Source: Thermodesulfovibrionales bacterium
Lineage (GTDB): Bacteria > Nitrospirota > Thermodesulfovibrionia > Thermodesulfovibrionales > UBA6898
Length of the DNA: 64,000 nucleotides
Direction: 5' to 3'
Assembly: GCA_044450345.1 (NCBI GenBank)
Contig: JBIOIY010000001.1
Location: forward strand, 128,001 to 192,000
In this document: piece by piece, positions 59,916 to 64,000 of the stretch
How the letters are laid out: each line of letters starts with the position of its first letter
Position numbering within the stretch: the first letter of the stretch is position 1
Program-made: the position numbers and the translations under genes
Notes under the pieces: generated by a model
Seen by the model: only the letters and a program-made list of their open reading frames with translations
Database searches by the model: none
Told to the model about the DNA's origin: nothing

Positions 59916-60713
59916 TTACATATAGCCGAGCGACCGAAGCCTGTCCATGAGTTGTTCTTTCTCCTGCCCCCTGCCTGCGCGCTCAGGCGACGCTTCCAGG
60001 TCCTGCTCCCAGGCAGGCAGATCGGATGTCCTGAGCGTATTATATCGCGCTCCAAGAGACCGATACCCCAGTGCATAAAGCCCGCAGTAGGGGATTTCAT
60101 TCCCTAAAATAGCGTCCCAGACATCACGCTCGGTAAAGTGGAGAATAGGGTGTACGCGCATATGCGGCGGCTCGTTATCCGGCCTATCGCTGAAATAACT
60201 CTCCTGACCGCGCGCCGACTGCTCGTCGCGTCTGATCGCCGTGGCAAGGGCCTTCAGCCCGTGCTCCCGGATGAACATATTCATTGCGCAGGTTTTCAGC
60301 AGATGGTTTCCGGCCAGGCTTTCGGGTTCAAAGGGAAAGGTGTCCCCGGTGTAGCCGATCCTCAGGAGTTCGGCCCTGTTTTGCTCGTTGAGACTCGATA
60401 CCACAATGGTATCACCTATCCCATGCGCCCTGGAGATGACATCGGTATTTCTTGCTTCAACAAGCTCGATATCCCATGCAGCAGTAACCGTTCCCATGAA
60501 AGTCCTGATCTCCTCAAAAACGTCGCCCTCGTCGATCATCATGCATTTTGGAAGGCGCATCCCCCTCTCGCCGCATACGAGCCTGAATAGCCAGAGCACC
60601 AGTGTGCTGTCCTTGTGGCCGGTCCACGCTATTGCCATCTTCTCGCTGCCGAACCGGTCAAACGCCTCGGTGATTATCTCCTTCGATTTTTCAATCTTCT
60701 GCGCCAGCGTCAT
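59916..60713 (-). CDS. PAPS-reductase/CysD superfamily protein (CysD-like, lacking reductase cysteines)
   Basis: PP-loop WTGHKDS, RRDEQ.AR, RVHPIL, GYRSLG, ERAGR...LGYM. Confidence 0.82.
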   Translation of the reverse strand: MTLAQKIEKSKEIITEAFDRFGSEKMAIAWTGHKDSTLVLWLFRLVCGERGMRLPKCMMIDEGDVFEEIRTFMGTVTAAWDIELVEARNTDVISRAHGIGDTIVVSSLNEQNRAELLRIGYTGDTFPFEPESLAGNHLLKTCAMNMFIREHGLKALATAIRRDEQSARGQESYFSDRPDNEPPHMRVHPILHFTERDVWDAILGNEIPYCGLYALGYRSLGARYNTLRTSDLPAWEQDLEASPERAGRGQEKEQLMDRLRSLGYM

Positions 60714-60877
60714 TTTTTACTATAGAGAATGTTTGTGAATCATGTCAATCGCGTTTGGTATGAATCACGGACGCATCCTGAAAAAAGCAAGCCGCGTAAT
60801 ATCTATATCCACCTGCCCAGAGGGCCTGATTGACAACCCCATCTCTAAACAATTATTATGAAAACACATTGAAAACA

Positions 60878-61156
60878 ATGACGAAGGGAACATCAACGAC
60901 TTGCCTGGTTTTAGTTGCGTCAGGATTGTTTTTGTCCGCCACTGCCTATGCGTATGTCGACCCTTATACCGGCGGAATGATTACAAGTTCTCTCTCAACC
61001 ATCCTCGCGGCTGCATTGGGTTTCATGAGCGCAGGCCTCGTTCTCTTCAGAGGCTTTCTCGGCCGCCTGCTTGGCAATAAGTTCGCTCGCTATCTGATCT
61101 TCGCGGCACTGGCATGTCTCGCCGTGTCGGGAATATATGTATTCGTACATTCCTGA
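60878..61156 (+). CDS. Small membrane protein with an AYxDP motif
   Basis: AYAYVDPYTGG after a signal-like helix, plus two further TM segments; TTGACA-N18-TATTAT upstream. Confidence 0.7.
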   Translation: MTKGTSTTCLVLVASGLFLSATAYAYVDPYTGGMITSSLSTILAAALGFMSAGLVLFRGFLGRLLGNKFARYLIFAALACLAVSGIYVFVHS

Positions 61157-61206
61157 TGTATCGCGTTGCCGGTCGGCGCTGAGGACGGTTTCCACGGCAT
61201 ATTGCT

Positions 61207-63057
61207 ATGATCGATAGACGGGATTTCTTGAAGTTTGCGGCCGTCGCTCCTTTGCTCCTGTCAGCAGGCTGCGGCAGGAATAATAACACGCACGGAGTTC
61301 GCATGAATAAACGCCTTATTATCCTGGGTATCGACGGCATGGACCCGGACCTGGTCAATCTTTTCATGAAGGACGGCTCGCTCCCGAATATCGCAGGCCT
61401 TGCCGCCAGGGGAACAATGTCGCGTTTCCCTACAATCGTCCCGCCCCAGAGCCCCTCGGTCTGGACCACGCTGTCAAGCGGAGTATATCCGGAGCGGCAC
61501 GGGGTCTTTGATTTCATTCAGCGAAAGGCCGGCAGCTATCTTCCGTACCTGAGCATCAACAGCATGAATCAAAAAAGCGGCAAGTTCGAAAACCCGAACC
61601 GTGCCGTGCCATTCTGGAGAGTCACATCGAAGGCGGGCATTCCCACTTCCGTGTACCGGTGGCCTGCTTCCTTTCCCCCTGAAGAGATCAACGGCGAAAT
61701 GCTCTCCGGTCTCGGCACGCCGGATGTCAAGGGGTTCCTTGGCGTCTATACTTACTATACCGACGAGGACTTGCCGGTCCCTTCCGATGCCAGAAAAAAC
61801 GTCCGGCGAATCACATTCTCCGGGGATAAGGCAACGACCGTTTTGGAGGGCCCCCTTGCGGAAAGAAACAAGGCCTTTGAAAAGGAACTTATTATTCAGA
61901 AGACCGTCGACGGCGTTTCGATCGGCATCGATGGGAACACACTGCGGCTGAAAGCGGACGAGTGGTCTTCACTGCTGACCGTATCGTTCAGGAAGGGGCT
62001 CCTCGGCGGCCTCTCCGGAGTCTGCAAGTTCCACCTGATGAGCGTAAATCCTTTCCGTCTTTATGCGACGCCCGTGCAGCTCGATCCCTCGAATCCGATT
62101 GTGCCGTTTACTCATCCGAAGGGCCTGTCGTCCTCAATCGCAAAGGCAATAGGCCCGTTCCAGACGCTCGGCATGCCTGAGGACACGTCCGCTCTCAACA
62201 AAAAACATTTGGACATGGGAGGCTTCAACTCTCTTTGCGCTTCCATCGACAAAGAACGCGAGGCGATGTTCAGGGAGGCTTTGAAGCGCTTCCGCGGCGG
62301 CGTGCTAGCCTTTGTCTTTGACACCTCCGACCGTCTGCAGCATATCCATTTCCGGAAAGGCGGCCCGAATACTGAAATCAGGCAACACTACGCGAAGATG
62401 GACCGGCTGATCGGCGAAGTCGTAAAAATGCTTTCGCCTGAAGACAGCCTCATTATCCTGTCAGACCACGGTATCACGAGCTATGATTACGACTTTCACC
62501 TCAACACCTTTTTAGTGCAGAAGGGATTTATGCATCTCACATCAGAGCCCGGAGAAACGAATAAGGGTGAACTCTTCAGCCTGGTGGATTGGACGAGGAC
62601 AAAGGCCTATGCGCTCGGATTTTCCGGCATATACATAAATATGCAGGGAAGGGAACCGCACGGGACTGTAGCGCGTTCCGAGAAGGAAAAAGTCGCGGCC
62701 GAACTCAGGGACGCCCTCCTCGGTTTTGCGCCCGCCGGATTCAGGAAGCCCGTAATCGCTGTTTACCCCACATCAGTCAAAGACGATCCCCTTGCTCCGG
62801 ACCTCATTATAGGCATGAACGAGGGGTTCAGGGTTTCATCCAACACGGCAATAGGGGGCGTATCGAAAGATGTGTTAACGCCAAACAACCTCCCGTGGTG
62901 CGCGGACCACATCGTCGACAGATCACTCGTGGACGGCCTTCTCATTACAAACAGGAGGGTAACAAAGGCGCCTCTCATGGTCGATCTCGCCCCGACCGTA
63001 ACGTCCTTCTTCGGCGTATCACCGGACCCATCCTGGGAAGGCAAAACTTTTTTCTAA
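61207..63057 (+). CDS. Alkaline phosphatase / type I phosphodiesterase family Tat lipoprotein
   Basis: DRRDFLK twin-arginine signal, LSAGC lipobox, GIDGMD, PPQSP..W, DRLQH, SDHG, ADH, DLAPT. Confidence 0.88.
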   Translation: MIDRRDFLKFAAVAPLLLSAGCGRNNNTHGVRMNKRLIILGIDGMDPDLVNLFMKDGSLPNIAGLAARGTMSRFPTIVPPQSPSVWTTLSSGVYPERHGVFDFIQRKAGSYLPYLSINSMNQKSGKFENPNRAVPFWRVTSKAGIPTSVYRWPASFPPEEINGEMLSGLGTPDVKGFLGVYTYYTDEDLPVPSDARKNVRRITFSGDKATTVLEGPLAERNKAFEKELIIQKTVDGVSIGIDGNTLRLKADEWSSLLTVSFRKGLLGGLSGVCKFHLMSVNPFRLYATPVQLDPSNPIVPFTHPKGLSSSIAKAIGPFQTLGMPEDTSALNKKHLDMGGFNSLCASIDKEREAMFREALKRFRGGVLAFVFDTSDRLQHIHFRKGGPNTEIRQHYAKMDRLIGEVVKMLSPEDSLIILSDHGITSYDYDFHLNTFLVQKGFMHLTSEPGETNKGELFSLVDWTRTKAYALGFSGIYINMQGREPHGTVARSEKEKVAAELRDALLGFAPAGFRKPVIAVYPTSVKDDPLAPDLIIGMNEGFRVSSNTAIGGVSKDVLTPNNLPWCADHIVDRSLVDGLLITNRRVTKAPLMVDLAPTVTSFFGVSPDPSWEGKTFF

Positions 63058-63124
63058 GCCTTCAGCTCCTCGATCGGCGACACCTTCTCTCCTCGCCAAA
63101 GTTCCCCTCATATCAATCCCTCTC

Positions 63125-64000
63125 TTACAGCGCTTTGTCTTCCCCGATACGCTGAAGCTTCAGCAAATTTGTCTTCCCGGAGCCAAGAAGCGGGGCGCTC
63201 GCGGTAATCACAACCCTCTCCCCCTTTTTCACCAGGTCTTCTTCGATAAGCAACCTCTCGACTTCCCTTATCATTTTGTCAGTGCCGGTGGGAGGAGGCA
63301 TCAATTTCGGCTGTACTCCCCAGTAGAGGCACATTCTGTTCAGGGTGCGGGCCGCCGGAGTAAAGGCGATTATTGGGACCCGCGGTCTGAATTTCGAGAC
63401 CAGTCTTGCGGTAAATCCCGAGTCCGTACAGGCAACGACAAAGCGTGCACGGATGTCTTCGGCCGCCCTGCAGGCTGCATCCGCAATCGCACCTGAGAAC
63501 AGTGCATTCTCGAACGTTGCCGCCGTCTCCGGTATAGCGCCGGATGAAGCAGACCGGACCTCTGGAAAGCCGAATGCGGAAGATTGGGCGGGCGACTCTC
63601 TCTCCGTGTACTTGATTATCTTGCTCATCATCACCAGGGCCTCTACAGGATATTTGCCGGAGGCAGTTTCGGCCGATAGCATCAGGGCATCAGAGCCGTC
63701 AATGACCGCATTAGCCACGTCAGTGGCCTCTGCCCTTGTCGGGCTGCTATGTTCTGTCATGGATTCAAGCATCTGTGTCGCCGTGATAACGAGCTTCCCT
63801 CTTCTATTTGAAAGCGAGATCAACTTCTTCTGTATAAGAGGGATTTCCTCTGCAGGCAGGTCAAGACCGAGGTCACCCCTTGCGATCATGATGCCGTCCA
63901 CCTTATCGAGGATTTCTTCTATATTGGCGAGGGCCTCGGCCCTTTCAATCTTTGCTATAAGAGGGATCCGTTTTTTCCTTTTTCTGAACCAGTGTTCGAC
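63125..64000 (-). CDS. pyk: Pyruvate kinase; 5' part outside the window
   Basis: IAKIE, DGIMIARGDLG, TATQMLESM, PTRAEATDVANA, MLSAETA.GKYP. Confidence 0.96.
   Translation of the reverse strand, partial: VEHWFRKRKKRIPLIAKIERAEALANIEEILDKVDGIMIARGDLGLDLPAEEIPLIQKKLISLSNRRGKLVITATQMLESMTEHSSPTRAEATDVANAVIDGSDALMLSAETASGKYPVEALVMMSKIIKYTERESPAQSSAFGFPEVRSASSGAIPETAATFENALFSGAIADAACRAAEDIRARFVVACTDSGFTARLVSKFRPRVPIIAFTPAARTLNRMCLYWGVQPKLMPPPTGTDKMIREVERLLIEEDLVKKGERVVITASAPLLGSGKTNLLKLQRIGEDKAL

Overview
Bacterial chromosomal segment, about 50-55% GC by eye. The gene set and repeat families suggest an anaerobic Nitrospirota/Desulfobacterota-type organism (inference). 1-32 kb is mostly housekeeping: aspS (partial), rluB, a dksA-family gene, a 5'-nucleotidase, amidase-GerMN-murI-rph, ftsH-folP, rlmI, an exosortase H-like gene with its partner, gcvH-lpdA-hyp-eno-ftsB-GH57, mutS, yceD-rpmF-plsX-fabH and nfeD-slipin. 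Several families of palindromic REP/MITE-like repeats and a collapsed MmeI-type restriction-modification relic are scattered through it. A tRNA-Asn(GTT) at 32212-32287 is followed by a patchily AT-rich accessory region to about 50 kb: DedA/VTT proteins, a KimA-like APC transporter, a CzcCBA-like RND pump, PagL, a pentapeptide protein and a sigma54 two-component system. This region carries three homologous sigma54 promoter modules. The last 14 kb hold an atypical GAPDH plus a 1396-aa PPDK-like protein between diverged direct repeats, an IPTL-CTERM surface protein beside sulfatase-like, CysD-like and alkaline-phosphatase-family genes, and pyk (partial). Best leads: a probable small selenoprotein with a SECIS-like hairpin, a self-contained sigma54 regulon, the barrel-less dikinase/GAPDH module, and two VTT paralogues that both appear to use non-AUG starts. 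All calls come from motif recognition by eye; no searches were run.
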